DNA of 64,000 nucleotides from Lachnospiraceae bacterium (GTDB lineage Bacteria > Bacillota > Clostridia > Lachnospirales > Lachnospiraceae), in the NCBI GenBank assembly GCA_017455525.1, contig JAFTAP010000029.1, forward strand, positions 3,994 to 67,993, read 5' to 3'. Below are positions 63,378-64,000 of this stretch, piece by piece. A program made the translations under genes and the position numbers. Position 1 is the first letter of the stretch, and every line of letters starts with the position of its first letter. The notes beneath the pieces are model-generated. The model was not told the origin of the DNA and did no database searches. It saw only the letters and a list, made by a program, of their open reading frames with translations.

Positions 63378-64000
63378 GAAAAGAGAGCAGGCAGAGGCAC
63401 TGACTTCAATACATGGGATAAATCGGATATTTCGTCCGGGGAATATCTTACCCTATGTTTTTAGGAATGGGGATGCTCAAAGCCTTTGTAGTAAATCCGA
63501 TAAGGGAGATTATCTGTCACAGCCATTTCTTCTTGTGAGGAACTTAGACGAGATAGGCTTTCTTCGGGAACAGGGCTATGATGGGGAGATATATGCGGAT
63601 CACACGTTATATACATATAATAAAGCATCAAGAGAAATGCTTAATTCTCTGGGAGTCTCAGCAGATACGGCTCCATTGGAGCTGACATACAGGGAGCTTA
63701 AGGAACGGAGTACGGAAGGCTCGGAGCTTATGATATATGGCAGGGTTCCGATGATGATAAGTGCCGGATGCGTATACAGGAACAGCCATAATGACAAATG
63801 CGTGAAGGATATAGAGCGCGGACAAGATATAGTTCTTAAGGACAGGACGGATACGGATTTCCCTGTCCTGTGCGTATGCAGATATTGTTATAATATTATA
63901 TTAAACTCTGTCCCGTTATCACTTCATGGAGAGATGGACAGAGTGCGTGAAATTAAGCCTGCATCCGTCCGGCTATATTTCACTACGGAAAACGGAAAAG
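63355..64000 (+). CDS. Second U32-like protein, open at the 3' edge of the window.
   Basis: Not in the ORF track because there is no stop in the window. Frame 1 is open from the ATG at 63355 to 64000. ELMIYGRVPMMISAGCVYRN...VLCVCRYCYN resembles the U32 core. It overlaps the upstream gene by 23 nt. Confidence 0.7.
   Translation, partial: MNINAVCEKREQAEALTSIHGINRIFRPGNILPYVFRNGDAQSLCSKSDKGDYLSQPFLLVRNLDEIGFLREQGYDGEIYADHTLYTYNKASREMLNSLGVSADTAPLELTYRELKERSTEGSELMIYGRVPMMISAGCVYRNSHNDKCVKDIERGQDIVLKDRTDTDFPVLCVCRYCYNIILNSVPLSLHGEMDRVREIKPASVRLYFTTENGK

Noticed and set aside
1-64000. CRISPR arrays, tRNA or rRNA genes, IS transposases, prophage genes and defence-system genes.
   Set aside because: I scanned the intergenic regions and the ORF translations by eye. 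I found no regularly spaced direct repeats, no tRNA-like T-loop/acceptor patterns, and no transposase, integrase or nuclease-type products. The only repeats found are the short families reported above.

Overview
This 64 kb window looks like a core chromosomal segment of a motile Firmicute. The Clostridia or Lachnospiraceae-like attribution is my inference from gene order and protein sequences. All well-supported genes lie on the + strand. From left to right the window holds five blocks. (1) A five-gene signalling cluster: an HD-GYP response regulator, a PAS-GGDEF-EAL protein, a FIST-type hybrid histidine kinase, a REC-Hpt protein and a pseudo-REC/REC protein. (2) topA. (3) A nearly complete fla/che superoperon of about 36 kb, running flgB to sigD, followed by a FapA/DUF342 gene and three uncharacterised genes. 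(4) rpsB-tsf, ilvE and a membrane diguanylate cyclase. (5) A housekeeping block: a dGTPase-like gene, dnaG, rpoD, trmK, a Nif3-family gene, a TGS-uridine-kinase-like gene, RNase P RNA, proA and two U32 genes. I found no CRISPR array, defence island, phage or IS transposase, and I cannot point to a clearly new multi-gene system. The points worth a second look are smaller. (a) dnaG carries an in-frame TGA directly before the invariant TOPRIM EGYMDV motif. (b) A structured element of about 93 nt occurs twice, between rpsB and tsf and between the two c-di-GMP genes, with one compensatory base-pair change. (c) A short interspersed repeat family (core CTTTTGACCCCAGCATCAT) has four copies, two of them bounding a 206-bp hairpin-rich element and two providing the 3' ends of genes. 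(d) A 217-bp near-perfect palindromic element with 21-bp perfect terminal arms lies just upstream of rnpB. (e) A strong intrinsic terminator, a promoter-like site and an orphan small ORF sit inside the flagellar operon between flgE and flbD. (f) A REC-Hpt-REC module is present both fused to the kinase and as separate genes. All functional calls come from motif recognition by eye and from synteny. No database search was run.
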